64,000 bases of DNA. Origin: Azolla caroliniana. Its lineage: Eukaryota; Plantae; Polypodiophyta. The stretch's first letter is position 1; each line of letters starts with the position of its first letter. Shown here piece after piece: positions 11,888-22,720 of this stretch. The stretch covers positions 4,464,001 to 4,528,000 of the forward strand of contig JBHGNT010000014.1 of assembly GCA_043228905.1 (NCBI GenBank), given 5' to 3'. The translations under genes and the position numbers were made by a program. Under the pieces are notes generated by a model. The model ran no database searches and had not been told where the DNA came from. It worked only from the letters and a program-made list of their open reading frames with translations.

Positions 11888-14800
11888 TGTTGGGATTACG
11901 GTCCCTTCGGATGGGATGGTCGGAAGTCGGAGATGAATGACGACGAGCCCGGTTTCGGTTTCGGATCCGGATGACGAAGACCCCGGTTTCGGTGCCGGAT
12001 GACGAATGTACCCGGAGAGCGATTCGGATGCAGGGACATACCCGTAATATGTTCGCTATGGGCCCCTGAGGCTATAGTTGTAAATAGCCCAAAGTCATAT
12101 AAGTATAAATATGACTTAGGGCAAACTGTTTTGATGTGGCTTATCATTTTTCTGTTTTTCCACTCAAGAGGAGTGAAGAGAGAGCAGCCGAGAGAGAGAG
12201 AGAGAGAGCGCGAGAGAGACGAAGAGGTAGACGCCTCTGTGTATTTCCGCCGCCTGTGGCGAGTACAGCGAGCTCAAGGTCGTTGCCTTGCAGCTCGCCA
12301 TTGTATATTTCTCTGTGCATAGTTTGGTTTGGAGTCTCGCACTCCCGTGGTTTTTTCCCGTATAGGGTTTTTCCACGTTAATCCTTGTGTATCGCGTCTT
12401 TCTCTGTATTTCCTATTTTCTGCTACATTGATCCGCGATTAATCGGTTGTGGCCGACTGAAGAAGGTGAATCCAAGCGTTGATTCCCAACAAACTGGTAT
12501 CAGAGCGACTGTTGCAGAAAATGGAAGGCGGCGGCAGCGGGCAGCCGATGATGATGGTGCTGAATGCACAGAATTACGCCGACTGGAAGATCAAGATGGA
12601 GGATCTTCTGATTGTTCGGGACCTGTACGAACCGATTGACAGGTCGGAAATACCGAAAGGGGTACTTGAGTCGGAGTGGAAGCTCCTGAACCGGAAAGCC
12701 GTAGCGACGATCCGACAATACGTCGATGTAAACGTCCTACAACATGTGGCGAACGACACCAACGCATACGAGATGTGGAAGAAGCTGTCGGGCCTCTATG
12801 AGAGGAAGAATGCGTTGAACCGGACCTCCCTGATGAGGAAGATAGTGAATCTCAAGTACCGGGACGGCGAGAGTATGGTGGAACACGTAAGCACGTTCAT
12901 GGGATTCGTGAATCAGCTTGCGGCGATCAAGTTCCCGTTGGAGGATGCAATGCAAGCCATCATCCTGATGTGTACATTGCCCGAAAGCTGGGAGAACTTG
13001 GTGGTGACTCTCAGCACCTCGTGCACCGAAGATAACTTGTCCTTACAAACTGTAAAGACAAGTATTCTGAATGAAGAAGCGCGTCGGAGAGATAAGGAAC
13101 CGGCCTCCGACCCGAAGATGCTGTTTACCGAATCGGATCGGGGAAGACAATGGAACCGGAGTCCGCAAAGACGGGAGAAGTCGGGGACCCGGTCGCAGTC
13201 AAGAGGAAGACCCACATGCTTCCACTGTGGGAAGCCGGGGCACTTCCGAAAGAATTGTCGGCATTACCGAAAAGACAACGGAGCCGACGACACCGACTCG
13301 AAGAAGTCACCGGAGAGAAACGGTGCATACCGGGGAGCCACGGACCGGAGAGGTTCGGATCGGCGAGGGCAGGACCGGAAAGGAACAACGGCACTAGCGG
13401 CAAGTGAGGAAGAAATCATGCTCATCACCGAAGAAGGTGAGCTAAACGTTGCCGGCGACGAGACGACCTGGGTGGTCGATTCCGGAGCATCGTTCCACCT
13501 GACCCCGGAGAGAAGATACTTCTCATCCTACACAGCCGGTCAGCATGGCTGTGTTCGGATGGGAAATGAAGGTACGTGCCGGATTGCCGGCATAGGAGAC
13601 GTGTGGTTGACAACCCCGACCGGATGCAAAATGCTGCTGAAGAATGTCCGACACGTTCCGGAGGTCCGACTGAACCTGATTTCAGCCGGGAGGCTAGATG
13701 ATGAAGGCTACATGGGTAGCATCCGGAACGGTGTCATGAAGTTCAGCAAGGGGAACCTGATAGTGGCTCGGGCCCGGAAGGACAACACACTGTACTTGAT
13801 GAATGCCCGGTTATGTCCGGAAGAGTTGAATGTGGCAGCCGACACTGCCGGTGAGCTGTGGCACAAAAGACTGTGCCACATGAGTGAGAAGGGGATGAAG
13901 AGGCTTGCAGAAGACAACCTTATCCCAGTGAAGCATGTGCACCTGGAGAAGTGCACCGATTGCCTGGCCGGTAAGCAGAACCGAACCTCCTTCCACTCAA
14001 GGCCACCGACGAGACGTAGCGCACCATTGGAGTTGGTGCACACTGACGTGTGTCAGGTAGAAACGAAGTCACATGGCGGAGCCCAGTACTTCGTAACATT
14101 CATCGATGATCATAGCCGAAAGCTGTGGACGGCACCGCTGAAGACAAAGGACCAAGTGTTGTGCGTCTTCAAAGAACTCCACGCGAGAGTGGAAAGGGAA
14201 TCCGGCAAGAAGCTGAAAGCGATACGAGCGGATAACGGAGGGGAATACCGGGGGCAGTTCCAGGAGTACTGTCGCTCGAAGGGAATCCGGCTCGAGTTTA
14301 CTGTGCCGAAGACACCGGAACTGAACGGGCTGGCCGAGAGGATGAACCGGACCATAATGGAGAGGGTCCGGAGTATGCTGGCGCATGCGAAATTACCCAA
14401 GGGGTTTTGGGCTGAGGCAATGTCGACGGCGACATACGTGATAAACAGATCACCCTCTGTACCTTTGGACGGAGACACGCCGCAGAAAGTGTGGACCGGT
14501 AAGGAAGTGTCCTACCGGCATCTGAAGGTGTTCGGGTGTCTCGCATACGTGCATGTGGCAAAGGACCGGAGGGGAAAGCTAGATCCAAAGACCCGGCCAT
14601 GCATATTCCTCGGTTACGGTGACGACGAGTTCGGCTACCGAGTATGGGACCCGGTCGACAAGAAGATATTCAGGAGTCGAGACATCATCTTCATGGAGGA
14701 CAAGACACTCGCCGACTGGGAGTCGGAGAAGAAGGTAAAGAGCTCCAAGCCGACCGGTGAGGATCAACTCTACAAGGAGCAGTCCCGACCGGCAAGGGAC

Positions 14801-17214
14801 CGGCTAGCACTCGAGGATCCGGCCGAAGACGGTGAAGAAACAGAACCGGCCGAAGAAGATGAAAACGATACCGGAACCGGCCCCGATCCCGAAATGGATT
14901 CGGATGAAGAAGAATCGGAAGAACCGGTTACCGAAGCTCCGGAACGGAGATATCCTCTAAGAGAGAGGAGGGCCCCCCGGAGATTTCCGGATCCAGAGCA
15001 CGTGCTGCTAACCGACGAGGGGGAGCCGGAGAGGTTTGAAGAAGCAAAGCACGACACCCAGAGCCGCAGGTGGTTGAGTGCCATGCAGGACGAGATGGAT
15101 TCCCTGCATGAGAACCACACATATGAACTTGTGGAGTTGCCGAAAGGAAAGCGGGCACTTCGAAACAAGTGGGTGTTCAAGCTGAAACCGGGAGATGCCG
15201 GAAACCCCACGAGATACAAAGCCAGGATCGTGGTGAAGGGGTTCCAGCAAAAGAAGGGCGTCGACTTCGACGAGATTTTTGCCCCGGTAGTGAAGATGAC
15301 CTCCATCCGGACGGTGCTGAGCATAGCGGCAAGCATGGACCTCGAGGTAGAACAGATGGACGTGAAGACGGCATTCCTTCACGGTGACCTCGAAGAAGAG
15401 ATCTACATGCAGCAACCGGAAGGATTCGAGAAGAAAGGGAAAGAGCACCTGGTATGCCGGTTGAAGAAGAGCCTTTACGGACTGAAGCAGGCTCCCCGGC
15501 AATGGTACCGGAAGTTCGACTCCTTCATGACCGACGAAGGGTACCTCAAAACGCAGTCCGACCACTGCGTGTTTGTGAAGAAGTTCGAAGGAGGAGACTT
15601 CCTAATACTCCTCCTGTACGTGGACGACATGTTGATCGTCGGACGGGACCAGGTCAAGATACGGATGCTGAAGAAGGCTCTTCACCGAACCTTCTCAATG
15701 AAGGACTTGGGTCCGGCGAGGCAAATACTAGGGATGCACATCATCCGGGACCGGAAGAAGAAGCAGTTGTGGCTGTCACAGGAGAAGTACGTGACGAAGG
15801 TGCTTCACCGGTTCAACATGTCGGAGGCAAGACCAGTCGGATCGACCCTCCCGGCAAACTGCAAGCTGTCCAGCAAGCAAAGCCCCAAGACAAAGGCTGA
15901 AAAGGAGGATATGATGAAAGTGCCATATGCCTCAGCCGTCGGGAGCTTGATGTACGCCATGGTGTGTACGAGACCGGACATCGGATATGCAGTCGGAGTG
16001 GTGAGCCGATACATGAGCAATCCCGGCAAAGAGCATTGGAACGCGGTCAAGTGGATACTCCGATACCTGAAGGGCACAGCGAATGTGTGCCTCCGATTCG
16101 GCTCCGGCAAACCCGAACTCGACGGTTTCACCGATTCGGATATGTCGGCTGATGCAGATACCAGCCGGTCCACATCAGGGTATGTGATGACGTATGCAGG
16201 GGGAGCTGTTTCGTGGCAGTCGAGGCTGCAGAAGACGGTTGCGTTGTCAACCACGGAGGCTGAGTACATGGCAGCTGTTGAAGCCGGCAAGGAAATGATA
16301 TGGATGAAGGACTTCATTAGAGAGCTCGGTATCCGGCAGGAGGAGTACCGACTCTACTGCGACAGTCAGAGTGCCATCCACCTTGCGAAGAACGCGGCCT
16401 ATCACTCCCGGACGAAGCACATCCAGCGAAGATATCACTGGATCCGGGAAAGGATAGAAGACCAGGAGTTCGTGCTGACGAAGATCCACACGGACGAGAA
16501 CGGGTCAGATATGCTGACCAAGGTGCTCACACCCGACAAGCTGGAAGCATGCCGGAAGAGGATCGGATTGGAAAGACATCCCATGCCGAAGTGAAGGGGG
16601 AGTTTGTTGGGATTACGGTCCCTTCGGATGGGATGGTCGGAAGTCGGAGATGAATGACGACGAGCCCGGTTTCGGTTTCGGTTTCGGATCCGGATGACGA
16701 AGACCCCGGTTTCGGTGCCGGATGACGAATGTACCCGGAGAGCGATTCGGATGCAGGGACATACCCGTAATATGTTCGCTATGGGCCCCTGAGGCTATAG
16801 TTGTAAATAGCCCAAAGTCATATAAGTATAAATATGACTTAGGGCAAACTGTTTTGATGTGGCTTATCATTTTTCTGTTTTTCCACTCAAGAGGAGTGAA
16901 GAGAGAGCAGCCGAGAGAGAGAGAGAGAGAGCGCGAGAGAGACGAAGAGGTAGACGCCTCTGTGTATTTCCGCCGCCTGTGGCGAGTACAGCGAGCTCAA
17001 GGTCGTTGCCTTGCAGCTCGCCATTGTATATTTCTCTGTGCATAGTTTGGTTTGGAGTCTCGCACTCCCGTGGTTTTTTCCCGTATAGGGTTTTTCCACG
17101 TTAATCCCTGTGTATCGCGTCTTTCTCTGTATTTCCTATTTTCTGCTACATTGATCCGCGATTAATCGGTTGTGGCCGACTGAAGAAGGTGAATCCAAGC
17201 GTTGATTCCCAACA
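11888..17214 (+). mobile_element. Intact young Ty1/Copia LTR retrotransposon (Tork/Tnt1-like)
   Basis: TSD TATCT (11883-11887, 17215-17219); LTRs 11888-12491 and 16605-17214 (TG..CA), differing visibly by one 6-bp indel and one substitution; PBS TGGTATCAGAGC 12495-12506 (tRNA-iMet); PPT GAAGGGGGAG 16593-16602. Confidence 0.98.
12521..16594 (+). CDS. Copia gag-pol polyprotein, 1357 aa (Gag, CCHC, PR, INT, RT, RNaseH)
   Basis: Uninterrupted ORF; CFHCGKPGHFRKNC, VDSGAS, ELVHTDV, NGLAER, MDVKTAFLHG, YVDDM, FTDSD, KHI. First ATG after the PBS is 12521. Confidence 0.97.
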   Translation: MEGGGSGQPMMMVLNAQNYADWKIKMEDLLIVRDLYEPIDRSEIPKGVLESEWKLLNRKAVATIRQYVDVNVLQHVANDTNAYEMWKKLSGLYERKNALNRTSLMRKIVNLKYRDGESMVEHVSTFMGFVNQLAAIKFPLEDAMQAIILMCTLPESWENLVVTLSTSCTEDNLSLQTVKTSILNEEARRRDKEPASDPKMLFTESDRGRQWNRSPQRREKSGTRSQSRGRPTCFHCGKPGHFRKNCRHYRKDNGADDTDSKKSPERNGAYRGATDRRGSDRRGQDRKGTTALAASEEEIMLITEEGELNVAGDETTWVVDSGASFHLTPERRYFSSYTAGQHGCVRMGNEGTCRIAGIGDVWLTTPTGCKMLLKNVRHVPEVRLNLISAGRLDDEGYMGSIRNGVMKFSKGNLIVARARKDNTLYLMNARLCPEELNVAADTAGELWHKRLCHMSEKGMKRLAEDNLIPVKHVHLEKCTDCLAGKQNRTSFHSRPPTRRSAPLELVHTDVCQVETKSHGGAQYFVTFIDDHSRKLWTAPLKTKDQVLCVFKELHARVERESGKKLKAIRADNGGEYRGQFQEYCRSKGIRLEFTVPKTPELNGLAERMNRTIMERVRSMLAHAKLPKGFWAEAMSTATYVINRSPSVPLDGDTPQKVWTGKEVSYRHLKVFGCLAYVHVAKDRRGKLDPKTRPCIFLGYGDDEFGYRVWDPVDKKIFRSRDIIFMEDKTLADWESEKKVKSSKPTGEDQLYKEQSRPARDRLALEDPAEDGEETEPAEEDENDTGTGPDPEMDSDEEESEEPVTEAPERRYPLRERRAPRRFPDPEHVLLTDEGEPERFEEAKHDTQSRRWLSAMQDEMDSLHENHTYELVELPKGKRALRNKWVFKLKPGDAGNPTRYKARIVVKGFQQKKGVDFDEIFAPVVKMTSIRTVLSIAASMDLEVEQMDVKTAFLHGDLEEEIYMQQPEGFEKKGKEHLVCRLKKSLYGLKQAPRQWYRKFDSFMTDEGYLKTQSDHCVFVKKFEGGDFLILLLYVDDMLIVGRDQVKIRMLKKALHRTFSMKDLGPARQILGMHIIRDRKKKQLWLSQEKYVTKVLHRFNMSEARPVGSTLPANCKLSSKQSPKTKAEKEDMMKVPYASAVGSLMYAMVCTRPDIGYAVGVVSRYMSNPGKEHWNAVKWILRYLKGTANVCLRFGSGKPELDGFTDSDMSADADTSRSTSGYVMTYAGGAVSWQSRLQKTVALSTTEAEYMAAVEAGKEMIWMKDFIRELGIRQEEYRLYCDSQSAIHLAKNAAYHSRTKHIQRRYHWIRERIEDQEFVLTKIHTDENGSDMLTKVLTPDKLEACRKRIGLERHPMPK

Positions 17215-19325
17215 TATCTCTATTGATGCAAGCTTCAAGTAGGCTTGCTCCTTCATCATTTGATGTTTCGAACATGATACGCATTCCAAAACATTCATCC
17301 TTCCTCGAAATGGCCTTCTCCACCCTCGAGTCATCATCAATCTTCTTTTCATGTAGGTTGCTTTGTTTAGGCGGCTCGACTTCTTTAGGTGGTCTTGATG
17401 TTTCTACGCTTGGCCTTACCAAGTCAATCTCATCAAGCCATTGATGACGCCTGTCGATCTTGTTGCATGCTCGCTTCACCGCAACTCAATCCGCCACAAG
17501 CTCGTTCGCTTGGGTATCATCTTCAAGGAGAGTACCTAGTTCTCGTCTATCCTTTATATCCACAGCCTTTAGGAAGTACAAAGTTTTGTCCTCCTCAAGT
17601 AGCACTTGGTCTGTGGCGGGGAGACAACGAAACATTTGGTCGAACTCGTCGTACACCCTCGAGGCGCTCATCTTCTTATTTTTCTTCTCTATCCACCTCA
17701 TCAAGGTATGTCGAGTCATCCTCGACAAATCTTCCGTCGTGAACTCCGCTAATATTGATCTTTCAAACTCTGACCACGTTGTCTTCCTTTGTTGAAGCTC
17801 AATGACTCGACTTTGGACGTTGTTGGTGGCGACTCTCTTGTAGCTTGCGATTTGATGTGCTTCGGACACGTCCCTTTGATTCATCTCCCTTCTATATGCA
17901 TCAAGGAACTTCGTAATGTTCCTTCCGTCAAACTGACCCTCGAGCTCAACGACACGGTCGACGGCCTTCTCCAGGCTCGCATCGTTGTCTCGAGATCTCA
18001 TCATTTGTTCGATGATCGACATCATCCTTTTGAACTCTCCCGCTTGGTTGCTTGAGGATGCCATCTCCAAGTATCGATTGATCCTCGATTTGATCCTTCC
18101 TGCTGCCTCTTTCACGTCGGGTTCACCACTTAATTATGTCGTGAAGATCCGTCACTACGCGCGGATCGTGAAGCGGAACCGCCGGGGTTCTAGACCAGAA
18201 GGACTTGAAGTTTGCACTACCTTTAGCGAGAAAGGAATTAAGGTAGATTGAAAGAGAGAGATTGAGATAAGATAGAATGCTTCACTTTAGATAGAGAGAG
18301 ATTAAGATTGAACTCTTGACTTCAGATTTGAAGAACAAGATTGATACATCAATTGGATATCCAATTTCCTACTTTTAATTTCTTTATTAATACATCAATT
18401 GGATAACGAATTTTCTTCTTAATATTAATTTTGATATAAAGTACAAAGCCCCTTTGATCTTTTTCATCCACCCTTTTATAGATGCTCCCATACATATGAT
18501 GCATGTTTGCCATTTGGCGCTCATATATCTCATGTCACTCAATCAAGCTCTAATATGAGAATTTATATGTACAACTATAATGATAAAAATATAATCCCTA
18601 AAGAAATGGCTTGGCTTAATGGTAAGCCTATTGCTTCCTATCTTGGAGTTGCAAAGTTTTGAGTCTTGCTTACATCTTTTTCTTTTATGCACAAAATACT
18701 ATTAGGCTTTTGGAGCAAATATCTTTAAGACACCATGCACCGCGACCAACCGACCCGACCGATCCGTCCGATTTGCATCCGTTTGGTCCGGCCCAGTCCG
18801 CATCCCGAGTCGCTTGCTAGTCACCGGCCGGTCGTCGATCGTTGGTCACGGGTCACACCTCGTTGCTTGTCGGTCACTGCACGCTCACCGCCTCCGCCGC
18901 CGGTTGCCACCGGCTTCAATTGGCCAAAACTTTTACAAGTAGCTAGGCCACACCCACTCATCCAATTAGCTTTGTTCAAGTAACCTTGAACTCTCTATGC
19001 TCCACACATAAACACAAAGATGATAGCTTTTGCTCTGCCTTATATATGGTGAGATCCTTATTTGTCCTGACTATGTGGGATATCTCACAGTTTTATCTTT
19101 CTCTTTTCCTTTGCAAACTTTCTACCCACATAACTTGAGACTTAGATGTCTGTTTCTTATGTAGTAAAGTGCATTCGAAAGCTCTTGAAGACCTCCATAT
19201 TTTTGTACTAAGATATTAAACTTATTTAAAATAGTATTTTAACTATTATTGTTTTATATGATTTATACTCGATTTCGTATGTTTTATGTGATTTTCACAC
19301 CATTGCCGAAAAAATCTTCACGATA
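17215..19325 (-). mobile_element. Trp-family Gypsy: 5' LTR (18137-19325), PBS (18111-18128), gag fragment
   Basis: PBS is an 18-nt perfect complement to the plant tRNA-Trp 3' end (TTCACGTCGGGTTCACCA on +); LTR termini TGTCGTGAAGAT/ATCTTCACGATA; gag ORF 17486-18115 closely matches the N-terminus of 23856-26057. Confidence 0.9.
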
Positions 19326-20303
19326 GTGGCCCGATACAACCGCCAACGACAAGAGGGTGGGGGGAAACGGTGTGGCAGTTGTCGTGGCCAACACAGGAGG
19401 AGGTGAAGGGTATGGCATTGTTGGCCGAGAGCGCAGGCCAAGGGGGAAAAAACGATCAAACAAATCAATAAAAAAATAGAGGAGAGAGTGTAAGGTCTAC
19501 CTGAGGGGGAGGCGGTGGCTAGAAGGGATGCGTAGATGGTGAGGCGGGGGGTGGATGGACACAAAACAGAGGTAGGGAGTGTGCAACGCGCAGGGGCTGG
19601 AGAACAAGCACAAAGGGGAGAGGAAGAGCGATGAAGAAAATAGGAAGGGGTGTGAGAGGAAAAGAGAGATGGGGAAGAGAAAACAAACAGTACACGAACA
19701 AGAAAACAAAAAAAAAAAAAAAGAGAGAGAACCTGAGACTACCATGCGACATAACATGTAAAAGAACGAGTGGAACCAATCAATAGATCAAACATAATTA
19801 AAAATAATCGCTCACGGTGCCCCGAAAAATAAAGGGTAACTCAGGGATTGTAAATACTAATACTTATATCAAAAGAATGCAAACTGTGAGCGTCGGGTGC
19901 GGTAACAAAGGTCATGGGAAAAGACAGGTCGAGTTGGTGATGATCAGAATGGCATAAGGTAGGGGGCAGGGTTAAAAGGGTGTGGGGTGGGCTAAGGTTT
20001 ATATGCGGACACCGAGTGTTTCGTGAGAGTTTGGGAAATTTAGGAGTTTTTGGGAGGACTTTAGGGGGTGGGTATGGGGGGTGTGTTGTTCGAGTGTTGT
20101 CCCAGGATCTTTGTATACTTTTAAGGACCCAGACCCGTGACATCTTTGTCAACGAGATGAGGAGGGCTTGTGAAGTACTTTTATGGGGCATTCGACCTCC
20201 TAGCTGTTTAGTCTGGTCGAGTTCTATGGCCTTAACCTGCGCGGGGTATTTGACCGATGTGCGAAGTTGTCGGGTGTCCTGTGTAGTCATGGTATGGTCG
20301 CGG

Positions 20304-21045
20304 TGTTATAGTATATTTTGTACACTACATGAAAAACATATATAGTACTAGATTCAATAAATATGAAGAAATAGAAGAAAATATTAAAATATAAATTACA
20401 TGCATAGGGCAATATTCAAACCTTGCACCTCCATGTTAATAATGTAAAGCCTTACCATTACACTAACACATCATTTATGATAATAAAGTAGATGTCCTAC
20501 ATAGAAAGGTAACTTCACGCTAGGATAAACTTTAGTTAGAAGAAAACGCATGATAAAAGAAAAAGCTACACATGCACATCTAGCGTGCATAAACACTATA
20601 GTCGATAAAAACACATCAAGTTAGAAAAAGCAAGATCACTTTAGAAAAAGCATATAGTCTACTATTAGAGAAAAAGCATGGATTATTAAGACTCTCTCAT
20701 CACTATATAAGGATGGGGAGCACAATGTAATGGGGGGGTGTGGAATATTTGGAAATTGGATATATTTCCTAAAACACCAATTAATAAAATATAATCGTGG
20801 GATTCACGAAGTTTTATATAATCCATCTCTTCCAATCTATGATACATTGTTATTAGGATTCTAAATATTAACAAATCTAATAATCTATAATTGTGGGATT
20901 CACAAGTTTTTAATATCTCTCTTTTAATCCAAATTCATATTCTTATCTTAATATTGAATAATCTAATACAATAGACTCGTGGGATTCACGAGGTTTCTAT
21001 ATCTCTTTCTTAAAATCTATTTATATTCTTATTAGCCTTAAAACT
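20304..21045. mobile_element. Probable LTR (3' LTR of Gypsy C or a solo LTR; orientation uncertain)
   Basis: Abuts a minus-strand polypurine tract AGGAGGAGGAGAG (21058-21046); begins TGTTAT at 20304; contains CTATATAAG at about 20703, three GTGGGATTCAC repeats and a tRNA-like cassette. Confidence 0.45.
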
Positions 21046-22720
21046 CTCCTCCTCCTAGTCCCAAACCCCAGTGGTTCCCACCCGACTCACACAACGATCT
21101 GGCGCTGAAAGGCACGACAACGGGTGGGAAGTCGGCTTCGTTTCGGGACCCAGAAGCTAGTGACGCCTTTGTGCTAACCTTGGGCGTTTGTGAGTGCTTT
21201 TCTGACTCGCCAAATAGCACGTTCTCCACAGCATGGTCCTTCAACGAAAATCGCATGGATGTTCACCCATTTGCGTGGCGCGGGTGTCCTTGTTCTTATG
21301 TTAGCGTTGCTCTGGTCACGGATGGCTGGTGGTTGTGCACGTTCTTTTTGGTTGGGCGGTTTCGCGCTTTGGAGTTCGTTGAGATCAATGGGACGTGATT
21401 CGAGTGTTGTTGCAACGAGTTTCTCGGACCTCACCCCATTTGCCGTTTGGAAGGAGACAATGTTCTTGCTTGGCGACAGGAGGCATTCACTTATGTGACA
21501 CCAATCCAAACCGAGGAGGCACTGGGTGTACATCACTTCCGGTGGGAGTACCTGAACTCGGATTGAGTGGTCGCTGTATTTCATCTTGATGTTACACACG
21601 AAGGTTCTGAGGCAACATGATGTGGAACCATCGAAGCCACGGAAGTTGTCGTTGCATACTCCAAGCTCAGGGCAACCTAGACGTCCCCATGTCTCGAAGG
21701 AGAAAAGGGTTAGTGATGCTAAGGTGTCAATTACCGTCGTTAAAGGTACGCTGTCGACAAAGCATGGTAGTTGCTTTGTCCCGTCATTAGAGTCGACCGC
21801 CTTAGCCATGGATGTCGGGTGGGTGTCCCCTTGTCGTTTCAATTTTGCTTGTGCATTGCGAAGGTCAGTTTCTAGTCGGGCTATTCGGCCTTCGGAGGCC
21901 TTAAGTTTGTCTTCCACTTCTCATTGTCGAGCCGTGAGTAGGGCTTCAAGGGTGAGGGGTCCGTAGTAATGTTTGAGCTTACTCCCATTCATGAATCCTA
22001 GGATGTCAAGGCCTTCGAGCGTGCGTATTTGACATGCTCCTGCTTGGTAATCTCTGAGACCACATATGAGAGTTCGCCACGTAATTTGAGCTTCTTTTTG
22101 TGCCGTTGAGAGGCGAATTTGAGAGCCATGTCTCCTTCAGCGGGGTCTTTATCTCTAACCTTGTTGTCGTGCCACGCCTTTCTATTAGCTCTCTGTCAAT
22201 AGTGCTTGTAATGCGAGAAGGCAAGTTTCGGTCAACCGTTCTAGGTTCTCTAGGGGTGACGGGAGGGGATCCCTATCCCATTGTTCTTGTACGGCTATCC
22301 TGAGGCTGGGGACAAGGAACTCGATGGGCAATACCGCTTCTTGTCCATATACTAGTTTGAATGGCGTGTGGTGAGTTGCGACTTTGTAAAAAGTGTAGAA
22401 AGCCCACAATGCCGCTTGGAGTTTGGTGCTCCAATCAGACCGCGAGGCGATGATTATCTTTGTGAGCACTGCGCATAACACCTTATTCGTGCTTTCCGCT
22501 TGTCCGTTGCACCGAGGGTAATAAAGGGAGCTCTTGCGGTGTGTCACCATAAATTCTCCTAGTAGATGTGCTATCACTTCGTTGAGGAAATGGGAGCCTT
22601 GATCACTAATTATCTCGAGCAGACATCCAAACCGTGATATGACGTTTTCGTATAGGAATTTGGCGGTGCTACGTGTGTCGGCATTAACACGAGCTTTATC
22701 TTCCACCCACTTGGTAGCGA
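21046..22720 (-). pseudogene. Gypsy element C 3' part: integrase followed in frame by a coiled coil and a retropepsin-like domain
   Basis: INT core (IISDQGSHF, YYPRCNGQAE), C-terminal NGSKLKHYY, then ARQ*EVEDKLK...VIDTLAS...RGFDGS...LLGLDW. Interrupted at 22721 by element X. Confidence 0.75.

Noticed and set aside
19326-20303. Purine-rich segment with G4-like runs and a possible LTR end at 19757
   Set aside because: No partner LTR, PBS or TSD to confirm it; low-complexity sequence.
20790-21000. Spaced GTGGGATTCAC repeats (and the 11297-11776 repeats) as a CRISPR-like array
   Set aside because: The intervening sequences at 20790-21000 resemble each other (tandem duplication), the context is eukaryotic, and there are no cas genes.
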